Virus record (IMG/VR): IMGVR_UViG_2718217867_000004
Coordinates: 1-40,589 of that record
DNA length: 40,589 nt
Source of the DNA: a virus
Taxonomy: Duplodnaviria > Heunggongvirae > Uroviricota > Caudoviricetes
Strand: one strand, 5' to 3'
Each line of letters starts with the position of its first letter. Positions within the stretch are counted from its first letter, which is position 1. Of this stretch, positions 10,276 through 19,148 are shown one piece after another. The notes beneath the pieces are model-generated. The model did not search any database, was not told the origin of the DNA, and worked only from the letters and a program-made list of their open reading frames with translations. A program made the position numbers and the translations under genes.

Positions 10276-11331
10276 TCACACCACCGACGCGCACAGGCAC
10301 GCATTGACACGGGACGGGATGACAATCGGTGCCGACTGCATCATCAGGAAACGCTGTGCCGGATCCTGCTGATCCCACATTTTCGGGGCATAGGCCATCT
10401 GGCCGTAATTAAACGCCGGATCCATGATACAGCCGAACGCGCGGGTCCCCATCAGGGCCGCCCCGGTCAGAATGACGTTGCCGTCATCCAGCATCGGTTT
10501 TTCGGTTCCGTCATCCGGATCGATGAACCAGTCGTTATACAGCCAGAGGTTGAAGTTCCCCCACCTGCCCTTGTACACCGCACCGGTGTTGATCTGCGTC
10601 CCCGGGTTCACCACGTTGCTGGTCGGGTTCAGGGCGGGCATGTTGATGGCGTTCTCACGAATGAAACTGTCGTTCATGAACGCTGTCCAGGCTGACGGCG
10701 TGAAAATCACCTCGGTCGGGTACGCACCGGATTTTTTCAGCATCAGCGTCGCCCACGCCTCAAGGCAGGAGGTCGGGATCGTGCTGCTTTCCTCAGAAGG
10801 CCAGACATCATCCCCGCTCAGTGTCACCGTCAGGTCGCTGTCACGACGAAAATCCACTTCCGTGGTCGGGTAGCCCTCACCGGCGATCGTCACCTTCGCG
10901 TACTGGAGCGCCTGTGCCGCCATCCATTCAAGACGACGGTTCAGCATGTTGATCTGGTCGGCCATCTCGTACTGGAGGTTCAGCATTGCACGCTCTGCTG
11001 GCGTGTACTCACGCCCGCCCAGGCGTTCGCCGATCATACGGCGCACCGGACGAAGCAAATCGGGAACGCGCTTATCCTTGATGTAGGCCGGTCTGAAGGT
11101 GTTGGTCTGGTACGGCAGGGCCTCAACCATTGGTCCTTCCACCAGAGGGGAGCAGAACGGTGACATACGGCGTGCGCCCACTTCCACATCAATGGCCACA
11201 TACTCCGTATCGCTCAGCACGATATTCGGGAAGAAACTGTCCAGCAGCCAGTTCTGAGCCACAAACAGGTTCGGCACCACCTGCGCCAGAAACGCGGTGT
11301 CGTACAGCAGATTAAAGTCTTTTTCGCTCAT
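10276..11331 (-). CDS. Major capsid protein, lambda gpE family
   Basis: 351 aa; C-terminal GTRAFGCIMD...YAPKMW...DPAQRFLMMQSAPIV parallels the lambda E C-terminus (TYGCIQD...YPKNW...DPAREFTMIQSAPLM). Confidence 0.9.
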   Translation of the reverse strand: MSEKDFNLLYDTAFLAQVVPNLFVAQNWLLDSFFPNIVLSDTEYVAIDVEVGARRMSPFCSPLVEGPMVEALPYQTNTFRPAYIKDKRVPDLLRPVRRMIGERLGGREYTPAERAMLNLQYEMADQINMLNRRLEWMAAQALQYAKVTIAGEGYPTTEVDFRRDSDLTVTLSGDDVWPSEESSTIPTSCLEAWATLMLKKSGAYPTEVIFTPSAWTAFMNDSFIRENAINMPALNPTSNVVNPGTQINTGAVYKGRWGNFNLWLYNDWFIDPDDGTEKPMLDDGNVILTGAALMGTRAFGCIMDPAFNYGQMAYAPKMWDQQDPAQRFLMMQSAPIVIPSRVNACLCASVV

Positions 11332-11341
11332 AAAAATCCCA

Positions 11342-11366
11342 TAAAAAAAGCCGCATCATGCGGCTG
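11342..11366 (-). terminator. Rho-independent terminator between decoration and capsid genes
   Basis: Minus-strand hairpin AGCCGCATGATGCGGCT followed by a T7 run. Confidence 0.5.
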
Positions 11367-11386
11367 TCAGGCTGTCAGAGGGGAGA

Positions 11387-11788
11387 TCACGGTACCGTGA
11401 CCGGATTGCGCAGAAAGATTTTCTCTTTCTCCAGCGCCACGCTCAGATCATCAATGTCCCAGCTTTCATCAAAAATCACCCGGTTTGCGTTGAACTCACC
11501 CATCAGGTAGACACCGGCCAGCACATCACCGGACGAGGCATCCGCCATGTCCGCCAGAATCGCCACCGGCGTTTCGCTGCCGTCCGTCACGCCTGCCCCC
11601 TGCTTGCAGAGGGTGTACGCCCCACTTTCCGTCATGCGCCCCAGCACCGTACCTCGCTGATACACCTCGCCACCAGTGATGGTCACAGTTTTTGTGACCA
11701 CCTGAAGCGGTCCGCACAGCAGCTGGTCCGGCTGGTATGCACCGGACCAGTAACCCGGTACCGACGGGTTGTTTCCGTATGTGCTCAT
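11387..11788 (-). CDS. Head decoration protein (lambda gpD-like)
   Basis: 133 aa ORF immediately upstream of the major capsid gene, in the gpD position; size matches. Confidence 0.7.
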   Translation of the reverse strand: MSTYGNNPSVPGYWSGAYQPDQLLCGPLQVVTKTVTITGGEVYQRGTVLGRMTESGAYTLCKQGAGVTDGSETPVAILADMADASSGDVLAGVYLMGEFNANRVIFDESWDIDDLSVALEKEKIFLRNPVTVP

Positions 11789-12366
11789 TGCGCTTTACCT
11801 CCCGTCGCCTCGTTGTACAGTTTCATGGCGTGCTGTGCCATCGCGTGCGCCTCCGTCGGTGCAGGGCGGACATCACGTCCGGTTCCCGGCTGTGGTACAT
11901 GCTGCATACGGGCAGTCAGTCCGCCTTTCTGGCCTGCGCCCCCTGCCACCGCCGCTTTCATCACGGCTCTGGCCTGTTTCACACTCATGCGGGTGTTGAA
12001 GGCCAGCTCTGCGGCAAGGGCCGGATTTTTCGCTGCATACGGCGTGGCGAAGATGGCTGCGCAGCGATGACGTTCGCTGGCGCGGGCCTTTTCTTCGTCA
12101 TCGTCGTCTTCTGCGTTTTCATCGTCGTCGTTATCGTCATCATCCGCACGGGAGCGCGCCTTACGGCTTTCGCGGCGGTCATCGTCGTCATCCGCCTGCC
12201 CGTCGTCGTCGTTATCGTCGTCATCCGCACGGGAGCGCGCCTTACGGCTTTCGCGACGGTCCTCGTCATCCTCCGCATTCTCCCCGTCGCGTTTGTCCTC
12301 CGGATCGTCATCCATTCGCGAACGACCGCCCATGCCTACCAGGTGCATGAAAGAAAATTTACCCAT
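11785..12366 (-). CDS. Acidic repeat-containing protein, probable scaffold (Nu3 position)
   Basis: 193 aa; N-terminal half is extremely Asp/Glu-rich with the unit DRRESRKARSRADDDDNDDD duplicated; lies between prohead protease and decoration gene, where lambda has Nu3. Confidence 0.55.
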   Translation of the reverse strand: MGKFSFMHLVGMGGRSRMDDDPEDKRDGENAEDDEDRRESRKARSRADDDDNDDDGQADDDDDRRESRKARSRADDDDNDDDENAEDDDDEEKARASERHRCAAIFATPYAAKNPALAAELAFNTRMSVKQARAVMKAAVAGGAGQKGGLTARMQHVPQPGTGRDVRPAPTEAHAMAQHAMKLYNEATGGKAQ

Positions 12367-13219
12367 TGTTTGCTGTCTCCTTTAACAGAAAAGAAAAGGC
12401 CTCATCCGGCGACATCACGTCGTCGGCAAGCCCTGCCTGCACCCCTTCGTCAGCCCGCAACGTCCGGGCCTCAAGTGCACGCACCGCATCCGCGCTGATG
12501 CCACGGTTGCGGGCAACGGTTTCGATAAAAAGCGTGCCTGCAGCGTCAGTGTCCGCCTGAAGTGCCGCCTGTGCCGCCTCACTCAGCGGACGCAGCGGAC
12601 TGGTCTCCGCCTTCCGGCTGCCGCAGGTGATGATGGTCACGTTCAGCCCCTCATCCTTCATCTGGCGCGACATGTCACAGTGCACGTAGATGACACCGAC
12701 GGATCCCACGCCGCCCGTGCGGGGGACCAGGATCCGGTCTGCGGCACTGGCAAGGGCATAGGCCGCCGAGTACGCCGACTCCGAGAGAATGGCGTGCACC
12801 GGTTTCTGCCCGCGACAGGCAAAAATCGTGTCCACCAGATCAAAACACCCGGCCACTTCTCCGCCGGGTGAATCGATATCAAGACAGATGCCCTTCACAT
12901 CAGGGTCGTTAAGCGCCGTCAGAAAATTTCGCCGGATGCCGTCATACCCCGTCATGCCGGAGTAAGGCCGTAGCGTCCCCAGTTTCTGTACCAGGGTGCC
13001 GTGCACGGGAATGATGGCGATCCCCTCCAGAATGTCGTACCCGCTTTCACGGGCGGGACGGCAGAAATCGTCTTCATCATCGTCATACCAGGCCCCCGTT
13101 TTTATCCGGGTGATCCCGAGTCGTTCTGCCAGTGCCGTAACAATGATTTCCGCTTTTCGCGGATGAATGGCCAGCGGCGTGTTCAGCAGGCGCTGGCTTA
13201 ACAGTGCAAGTTGATTCAT
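12359..13219 (-). CDS. Prohead protease, S49 (SppA/ClpP-like) family (lambda gpC-like)
   Basis: 286 aa; IDSPGGEV motif and overall sequence typical of S49 peptidases; directly downstream of the portal gene. Confidence 0.9.
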   Translation of the reverse strand: MNQLALLSQRLLNTPLAIHPRKAEIIVTALAERLGITRIKTGAWYDDDEDDFCRPARESGYDILEGIAIIPVHGTLVQKLGTLRPYSGMTGYDGIRRNFLTALNDPDVKGICLDIDSPGGEVAGCFDLVDTIFACRGQKPVHAILSESAYSAAYALASAADRILVPRTGGVGSVGVIYVHCDMSRQMKDEGLNVTIITCGSRKAETSPLRPLSEAAQAALQADTDAAGTLFIETVARNRGISADAVRALEARTLRADEGVQAGLADDVMSPDEAFSFLLKETANNG

Positions 13220-14856
13220 GAAACATCAGGCTCCTTCGGCTCTGCCGGGTCACTGCCCGTCGGTGTGGAGGCAAACTGCTCTGCCTGAAACCAGGAAGGC
13301 GGTGTCAGGCCTCTTTCCTTAAAGGCCCGCTCTTCTCGCGCCCGCTGATCGAGAATGTCCTCGAAATCTTCCCCCACGTTCTCAGCCACTTCGATTTCCA
13401 GCGTGGACATGCCGGCCTCCATCGCCAGAATCGCCCCTTTTTTCTCCGCGACCGGATCCACCCAGCCACGCCCCGGTCCCATCCAGTGGGCACGGGTGTA
13501 AGCGGCCCGCGCCGCCAGAAAATCCGGTGCGTCTGCAGGCAGCGGCAAATCCTCTTCTTCGTGCAGCTCTTCCAGAAACGCCGTCAGCACCGGCTGGGCA
13601 AAGCCAACCGCAAACTCATCACGACGGCGGGTCAGTGTTTTCCACGCCTCAAGGAGTGCCGCGCGGGCAGAGCTGTAGTTAACGTCCGACCAGTCCTGTG
13701 TCACCTGCTGGGTGGACAGACCCAGTGCAGCGGCAATATTCCTGAGCACCGTGCCCTCGAACTCCTTAAAGTTACTGACCGGGCGGGCGGCGCTCACGGC
13801 TTTTGGCTCTTCGCCGGGGAACGTAATGGGAATACGCACGCCCGACATCGAAATCCGGTTAGTATCGTGATACTTCATGCGCGCATCCTGGTAGCCATTA
13901 ATCACCTCCGCGTCACTCATCAGATCTTCTGTCAGTTTCGGGTCATAGGGCGACGTGATGAAAAAACCGAACATGGCATTGATGATGGCGGCTTCCAGCT
14001 CCACCTGGTCGTACTTGATAAGCATTTTCAGACGCTGAACCACGGGATTGAGAATACCGACACCACGATGCTGGCCCGCACGGTCATGATCAAAGTCATG
14101 CACCACCACCGGCCTTCCCCACGACGTTTCACGCGGCACGCGTTCCCAGTGCATCGTGTCACTGCCGCTCCACCAGTCCCCCATGTGTGCGGACCGGATG
14201 TGATAGGCTACCGGCACCCCGTCCGCGTCAATTTCCACACCGCCACGAATATGCGGCATGTCAAACGCATCGTTCGGGTTACTCAGCCGGTCGGGGTCAA
14301 TCACCTGTACCACCGTACCGTAACGCCCGCGACCGGGGGCTATTCTGTCCGGTCGCCAGTGGATGACCGCCAGCGCATCGCCGTCGATCATCTTGTGGCG
14401 GAATGCCAGCCGGAAAAGCTGCGACAGGGTCTGTCTGCGTTCAAGGTCGCAGTAACACCCGGCATCACTGGCCCAGTTGCGCCAGTGTGCCTCCACACAG
14501 CGCCCGTACTCATCCGCCCAGTCTGCATCAAATGCCCGGTTGCCGCTCATCTCTGCCAGCATCCGGTAGTCAGGCTTCATCCTCGGGCGAAAAACCACCC
14601 CCATGGCATTGTCCAGCAGACGGGTGATACTGCCATTCGCCCAGCCGTCATTGCGGACAAGGTCGCGCATTCTGGCAACCATACGGTTACGCCAGATATT
14701 CACTTCATTGTCCGGTGACCACAGTACCGGGTTCCAGCCCGCCACCGAACCGTGCGAGAAACCGGCAGAGTCGTAGGGGATCCGCCCGCTGTCATTCAGT
14801 GCGCGTTTTTTTTCCGTCTGTTGCGGAAAAGGTCTGCCATTTTTATCGACTATCAT
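13216..14856 (-). CDS. Portal protein (lambda gpB family)
   Basis: 546 aa ORF between gpW-like and protease genes, overlapping both; size and position of a lambda-type portal. Confidence 0.9.
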   Translation of the reverse strand: MIVDKNGRPFPQQTEKKRALNDSGRIPYDSAGFSHGSVAGWNPVLWSPDNEVNIWRNRMVARMRDLVRNDGWANGSITRLLDNAMGVVFRPRMKPDYRMLAEMSGNRAFDADWADEYGRCVEAHWRNWASDAGCYCDLERRQTLSQLFRLAFRHKMIDGDALAVIHWRPDRIAPGRGRYGTVVQVIDPDRLSNPNDAFDMPHIRGGVEIDADGVPVAYHIRSAHMGDWWSGSDTMHWERVPRETSWGRPVVVHDFDHDRAGQHRGVGILNPVVQRLKMLIKYDQVELEAAIINAMFGFFITSPYDPKLTEDLMSDAEVINGYQDARMKYHDTNRISMSGVRIPITFPGEEPKAVSAARPVSNFKEFEGTVLRNIAAALGLSTQQVTQDWSDVNYSSARAALLEAWKTLTRRRDEFAVGFAQPVLTAFLEELHEEEDLPLPADAPDFLAARAAYTRAHWMGPGRGWVDPVAEKKGAILAMEAGMSTLEIEVAENVGEDFEDILDQRAREERAFKERGLTPPSWFQAEQFASTPTGSDPAEPKEPDVS

Positions 14857-14864
14857 CGCTCACC

Positions 14865-15116
14865 TCAGTAACGCACGCTCAGAGACCTTCTCGTCCTTAT
14901 CCCCAGCGCCCGCTGGAGCGTCGCGATCAGCGCCAGCAAATCAGCACTGCTGGCCTGTGAATAAGTCACGGTGCGCGTGCCGTCTCCCTGTGCATAGGAG
15001 AAACTCACGCCACGCCGCCCTGAAAGCAGCTCAATATAGGCCGCCTGAGCTTCATTCAGTGCCGTCTTCAGTTGTTCTTTTGACATTCCGGCAAACACGC
15101 CGGGGGTATTCATCAT
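14865..15116 (-). CDS. Head-tail joining protein gpW-like
   Basis: 83 aa ORF between terminase large subunit and portal, the conserved gpW position. Confidence 0.7.
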   Translation of the reverse strand: MMNTPGVFAGMSKEQLKTALNEAQAAYIELLSGRRGVSFSYAQGDGTRTVTYSQASSADLLALIATLQRALGIRTRRSLSVRY

Positions 15117-17092
15117 CGTCTCACTCCTGCAAGCCTCATATGCAGCGGTATTTTCTTACGGGGTATCTCCGGTGCTTTTGCGCCCGGCATACTTAAACTG
15201 ATTTTTTCTTCCGGCTGCGCGGGAGGCGGCTCCAGGAATGACAGATCCTGCGCCGCCCGTTCAGCCAGACGGTTCAGTTTCAGACCGTGATGCAGCAGCC
15301 CCTTCAGGGCCGCGTAACCGTACACCATGCAGTCCAGCGCCTCATTCGCCCGTCCGGCAGACAGCTCCCAGACACGGTACACCTGCCCGCCGTTCTCCTT
15401 ACGCACCAGACGCTCAGAGAGCAGCTGACTGAAATAATGCAAATCCAGAAACGACGGAAAATGGATACAGCCTGCGGCAGGCGCGCCTGCCGGATCCGGC
15501 TCAATATGGAGCCGGTGCCTGATGTCGTCCTTCGCGGAGTTCACCCCCAGAATGACGGGGCGAAAGGATTTCCGGTTGCGGGAAGAAACACTGCGCGTCG
15601 GCCAGACGGGATTACGTTTGCCGCCAGTGGCGGACTCACCTTTTGTCGCCCAGATACGACGCCCGATACGCGCCTTCGAGAACTCATACACTTTGTTGGT
15701 GTGATGACCGCCCGAGTCATGGCAGACCGCCGAGAGCGTCAGCCCGAAACCGTCAGCCCGCCGCCAGACCTGCTTCAGATACGCATCAAGGCGCTCCCAC
15801 GGCTCTTCTGTTTCAAGGTCACCAAAAATCACGTCATGCGCAATCACCCAGCATTCTTCGTTCATGCCCCAGCCGAGAACGGTGATTTCGAAGCGGTCAT
15901 CCTGCGTATCCACCCCGGCGGTCAGCAGGAGCACGCCATACGGCACCTCCGCTCCCCAGACCTCGACACGGGCAATCAGCCGCTGTTCACTCATCGCAAA
16001 CTCGCCTGCATCCTCGTAAGGCTCGCCCAGCGTGGTATTGATGAATGTCTGGCGCATCAGCGGATCGTCCTTCACCCTCAGCCATTCGGCGACCAGATTC
16101 GGCCAGGAGGCATTTGAGTTCGGGCTGTAGCCCGTCCAGATATGAAAACCGGCATGCCCCCTGAATGGTGCACCGGCACGCCATTCGCCTTTTGCCAGCA
16201 TCCCGGGCAGTTCACTGTGCACAATCACACAGCCGTGGTGACGGCACAGATAGTAAGCGGTCTCCGGCAGCCCGTTACCTTCGCTGTCCTTTTCCCACTT
16301 GATGCCGTAAGGGGTGCTTTTGCTGCCCCACTCCAGCACCTGATATTCACCGCAGTGAGGACAGGGCACGAAGTAGCGGCGCTGATCGCTTTCCAGCCAG
16401 GCTTTTTCAATACGGCTCACGCCTTTCACGGTTGGCGTTGAGCCGAGAACAATCTTGCGGTTCCAGAAGGTTTCGGAACGTTTTGTTCCCAGCGCAATCT
16501 GATCCCCTTCGGACCCTGCGCCCCCTGCCGGATACCCGTCCACCTCATCAAAAAGGATGATGCGGCATGTGATACGGCGAAAACCGCCGGGGGAGTTGGC
16601 CCCGACCAGCGTGAGGTTTGCGCCGTTGGAAAAGGTTTTGCGAAGAATGGTCTGGTTGCTGTTTTTTGCCTTCGGGTCGCCGCTGATGGCTGCCAGCACC
16701 GGCGTGTCGCGCAACATCGGGGCAATTTCGATTTTACTGTAGTCTTCGGCATCCTCCACCCTCGGCTGAACCACCAGGATGGAGGACGGATCATGTGCCA
16801 GGTAATAGCCCACCACATGGTCAAGAATTTTCGTGTATCCCACACGGGCTGATTTCATCACAGACACATACGTGACTGACGGGTCGGTGATGGCATCCAT
16901 TATGCCGTCCTGATAGGGATAGGAGCGGAATTTCCCCGTCTGGGCACTGGTCTCACGGGACAGTACAGCGAAGGTGTTGGCCCACTGGCTTAAGGATAAT
17001 GGCGGCGGAGGCGCAAGATAACGCGGACACGAAAGCAGCGCCTCCTCAAACTGTATCTCCGTGGGTTTCGCGCCTGTCAAATGCAAGTTCAT
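15113..17092 (-). CDS. Terminase large subunit (lambda gpA family)
   Basis: 659 aa; overall sequence typical of gpA-type terminases; overlaps the small subunit gene. Confidence 0.95.
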   Translation of the reverse strand: MNLHLTGAKPTEIQFEEALLSCPRYLAPPPPLSLSQWANTFAVLSRETSAQTGKFRSYPYQDGIMDAITDPSVTYVSVMKSARVGYTKILDHVVGYYLAHDPSSILVVQPRVEDAEDYSKIEIAPMLRDTPVLAAISGDPKAKNSNQTILRKTFSNGANLTLVGANSPGGFRRITCRIILFDEVDGYPAGGAGSEGDQIALGTKRSETFWNRKIVLGSTPTVKGVSRIEKAWLESDQRRYFVPCPHCGEYQVLEWGSKSTPYGIKWEKDSEGNGLPETAYYLCRHHGCVIVHSELPGMLAKGEWRAGAPFRGHAGFHIWTGYSPNSNASWPNLVAEWLRVKDDPLMRQTFINTTLGEPYEDAGEFAMSEQRLIARVEVWGAEVPYGVLLLTAGVDTQDDRFEITVLGWGMNEECWVIAHDVIFGDLETEEPWERLDAYLKQVWRRADGFGLTLSAVCHDSGGHHTNKVYEFSKARIGRRIWATKGESATGGKRNPVWPTRSVSSRNRKSFRPVILGVNSAKDDIRHRLHIEPDPAGAPAAGCIHFPSFLDLHYFSQLLSERLVRKENGGQVYRVWELSAGRANEALDCMVYGYAALKGLLHHGLKLNRLAERAAQDLSFLEPPPAQPEEKISLSMPGAKAPEIPRKKIPLHMRLAGVRR

Positions 17093-17663
17093 TCAGCGCC
17101 TCGTAAATCAGTTCCTGCAATGCCGCCGTGAATCCCTGATCGTCTGTCATCCCCGCCAGCGCCCGCAGACGGGGACCATGTTCCGGCGCAAGGGCAACAA
17201 GGCGCGTCCTCACCCGGGTATACTCCGCCCCGACCCGCTCAATGATGGGTTTCCAGGGAAGCAGTGTTCCTTTCTTTTCGTCATACTCGAGTTTTGCCAG
17301 CAGCGCGAAGTAGTTCTCTTTCATGGTTCTGGCTTCATCGAGCGTCATCATGGCTCCGTGGCTGGCAATGAACTGTTCGACCCGTGCTTCTTTCGATACA
17401 TCAGAGGAGTCATCGTACAGGGCAATGCTGTTACCTTCGTTGTTACCCGGAGTGTTACCTTCGGATGTTACCCTGTTACCTAAAGTGTTACCTTTTTGCT
17501 CATTTTTTATTCGGGTAACAGTTTTCCGGTAACGCCGGATCCGCTCGTTTGAGGCATCAACATCGATGTCCTCACCGTCCAGAACCAGCCAGCCACGGGC
17601 CTTCCACGCCGTTACCGTCTTGCGACTGACACCGTGAAGTTTTGCGAATTCCGCCTGATTCAT
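17046..17663 (-). CDS. Terminase small subunit (Nu1-like, N-terminal HTH)
   Basis: 205 aa starting MNQAEFAKLHGVSRKTVTAWKARGW (HTH comparable to lambda Nu1); contains a GNT-type peptide repeat encoded by GGTAACA nucleotide repeats. Confidence 0.8.
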   Translation of the reverse strand: MNQAEFAKLHGVSRKTVTAWKARGWLVLDGEDIDVDASNERIRRYRKTVTRIKNEQKGNTLGNRVTSEGNTPGNNEGNSIALYDDSSDVSKEARVEQFIASHGAMMTLDEARTMKENYFALLAKLEYDEKKGTLLPWKPIIERVGAEYTRVRTRLVALAPEHGPRLRALAGMTDDQGFTAALQELIYEALNELAFDRRETHGDTV

Positions 17664-17690
17664 CTGTTACCCTCTGTTACCTGTTACCCA
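17664..17690 (-). repeat. Three tandem GGTAACAG repeats immediately upstream of the Nu1 start (candidate cosB/terminase-binding sites)
   Basis: Minus strand reads GGGTAACAGGTAACAGAGGGTAACAG-ATG; six more copies of GGTAACA(N) lie inside Nu1 at about 17440-17500. Confidence 0.5.
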
Positions 17691-17766
17691 AATTTCAAAA
17701 TTTTATAGCTAGCGAAACACCGCGCTCGCGCAATGCCCGTGCAATAAGGTCTCCAGGAAGGACCCG

Positions 17767-17886
17767 TTACCCTGCCAGGCGACAGTGTCGACACCCGCTT
17801 GCGGTTTCAAAAATCTCAAGATAACGATAAATCACAATGCCATCACAAAACCCTGTGATGATTTTTTCACGACTGATGGTTTTCAT
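17767..17886 (-). CDS. Small hypothetical protein (39 aa)
   Basis: ATG with a GAGGAA SD 6 nt upstream, directly after the stop of the upstream 67-aa gene; not in the ORF track (below the size cutoff). Confidence 0.25.
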   Translation of the reverse strand: MKTISREKIITGFCDGIVIYRYLEIFETASGCRHCRLAG

Positions 17887-17894
17887 ATATTTCC

Positions 17895-18098
17895 TCACGT
17901 TTCATCAGACAATAACGCAACCAGATGGCAGGTCGCCTCCTTATTGAGAGGGAACACGAGCGTTTCACCTCCTGTGCGGTGGATATACAATGTCCTGCCC
18001 CCGGATTCATCTCTTTCAACATCAAGATATGAAACAACGGGGCGGCATATCGCTATGCCGCGTTCGCTAATGTGAGTTTTGTTTATGAGGTTATTCAT
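17895..18098 (-). CDS. Hypothetical protein (67 aa)
   Basis: ORF whose ATG overlaps the stop of the upstream ORF (ATGA). Confidence 0.4.
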   Translation of the reverse strand: MNNLINKTHISERGIAICRPVVSYLDVERDESGGRTLYIHRTGGETLVFPLNKEATCHLVALLSDET

Positions 18099-18427
18099 GG
18101 GAATACTCTCCGAATTAAATACACTTCTGGAAAAGATACCACTCTGAAAAAAACTTCAGTCAGTCCCACAGGAAATAGAAGATTTGAAGCGAAGAGTTGC
18201 TGAACTGGAATCGAACCATTGTTCTGCAACCAGCGCACAATTCTGTCCCAAATGCCAAAAAGCGTCTTTTCAGCTCGACAGAACTGAAAATGATCCAACG
18301 TTTGGAGTATTAGGCCTTCAGCGGGACATTTATGTTTGCAGAGAGTGTGGTTACTCTCGCCATGAATCACGTTAATAAAAACGCTGCTGGCACGTTCTTT
18401 CTTCAGGGCAACAATGCCCTGCATCAC
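18095..18427 (-). CDS. Hypothetical protein (110 aa)
   Basis: ATGA overlaps at both ends with flanking same-strand genes support translation; composition is unremarkable; an antisense zinc-ribbon-like ORF (18184-18375, +) competes for this locus. Confidence 0.35.
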   Translation of the reverse strand: MMQGIVALKKERASSVFINVIHGESNHTLCKHKCPAEGLILQTLDHFQFCRAEKTLFGIWDRIVRWLQNNGSIPVQQLFASNLLFPVGLTEVFFRVVSFPEVYLIRRVFP

Positions 18428-19089
18428 TTCGCCGTCTTTAAAGCCTGTTCAAGCGCCACACTCAGCTCCGTCTTCATGAGACGCGATGCCATGTTGTGTG
18501 CCAGCGCCTGATAACCCAGTACCGGCGTGACCGGCAGTGCATCACCAAAACGTATCAACAGCTTTGGTGAGCGGCTTTTTTTGCGGGGAGCGCGTGTGCC
18601 ATTGGGGGAGCGTTTTCTCCGCTTCCTGGTTTTTGCCACTTTTTTCGCTTTCTTACGCTGCCAGACGCCACCAACATCCTCACCATAGTTGTTCGTCACC
18701 TTACCGATGAACACATCCGGTCTGGCCTTCAGCTGTTGCAGTTTTGCCTTTGGCAGGTTGCCGTATTTGTTCAGCCGGATATTTTTCGGGTTCAGTACAG
18801 CTTTCTGCCCCTCACCGAGATAATGCAGCCCGCCCACCTCAAAGGGTTCAAGGTAAGGCACGGCGGTATCCATGATGAACACCCGACCGGTCAGATTGTC
18901 CCTTGTTGCCCCTTTTGAGCGCACCGAGTTCACGGTGAACGGCGTCGGGTTATCCAGCTTCCGGCGAAGGTTTTCTTTCTCTGCCGCTTCAATTTTTCTC
19001 ACCGTGGCAGTGATGGCGCGCGCAGTGGCAAAACGCACCTGCTTCTGCATTCCCAGAAGCTGTCTGTGAAGGTCGTTAAGGTCAGCCAT
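18424..19089 (-). CDS. Basic hypothetical protein (about 221 aa)
   Basis: Start placed at MADLNDL (AGGTGG SD); Lys/Arg-rich segment KKAKKVAKTRKRRKRSPNGTRAPRKKSRSPK suggests nucleic-acid binding; no recognisable catalytic motif. Confidence 0.5.
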   Translation of the reverse strand: MADLNDLHRQLLGMQKQVRFATARAITATVRKIEAAEKENLRRKLDNPTPFTVNSVRSKGATRDNLTGRVFIMDTAVPYLEPFEVGGLHYLGEGQKAVLNPKNIRLNKYGNLPKAKLQQLKARPDVFIGKVTNNYGEDVGGVWQRKKAKKVAKTRKRRKRSPNGTRAPRKKSRSPKLLIRFGDALPVTPVLGYQALAHNMASRLMKTELSVALEQALKTAK

Positions 19090-19148
19090 ATTCCACCTTC
19101 TCATGCTGCATTATCGCAGCCCCTCACTGAAGGGCTGCTGTAATGCTG

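Noticed and set aside
11737-12498. 253-aa plus-strand ORF
   Set aside because: Antisense to the acidic scaffold-like and protease genes; the repetitive VVI/RLR translation is the mirror of the acidic repeat.
13486-14718. 410-aa plus-strand ORF
   Set aside because: Fully antisense to the portal gene; His/Arg/Pro-rich low-complexity translation typical of a GC-rich antisense frame; no SD.
15287-16117. 276-aa plus-strand ORF
   Set aside because: Antisense to the terminase large subunit gene; Arg/Pro-rich junk-like composition.
18184-18375. 63-aa plus-strand zinc-ribbon-like ORF (CPKC...CREC)
   Set aside because: Needs a TTG start with no SD and is antisense to a minus-strand ORF that has ATGA coupling at both ends; not excluded, but the weaker candidate.
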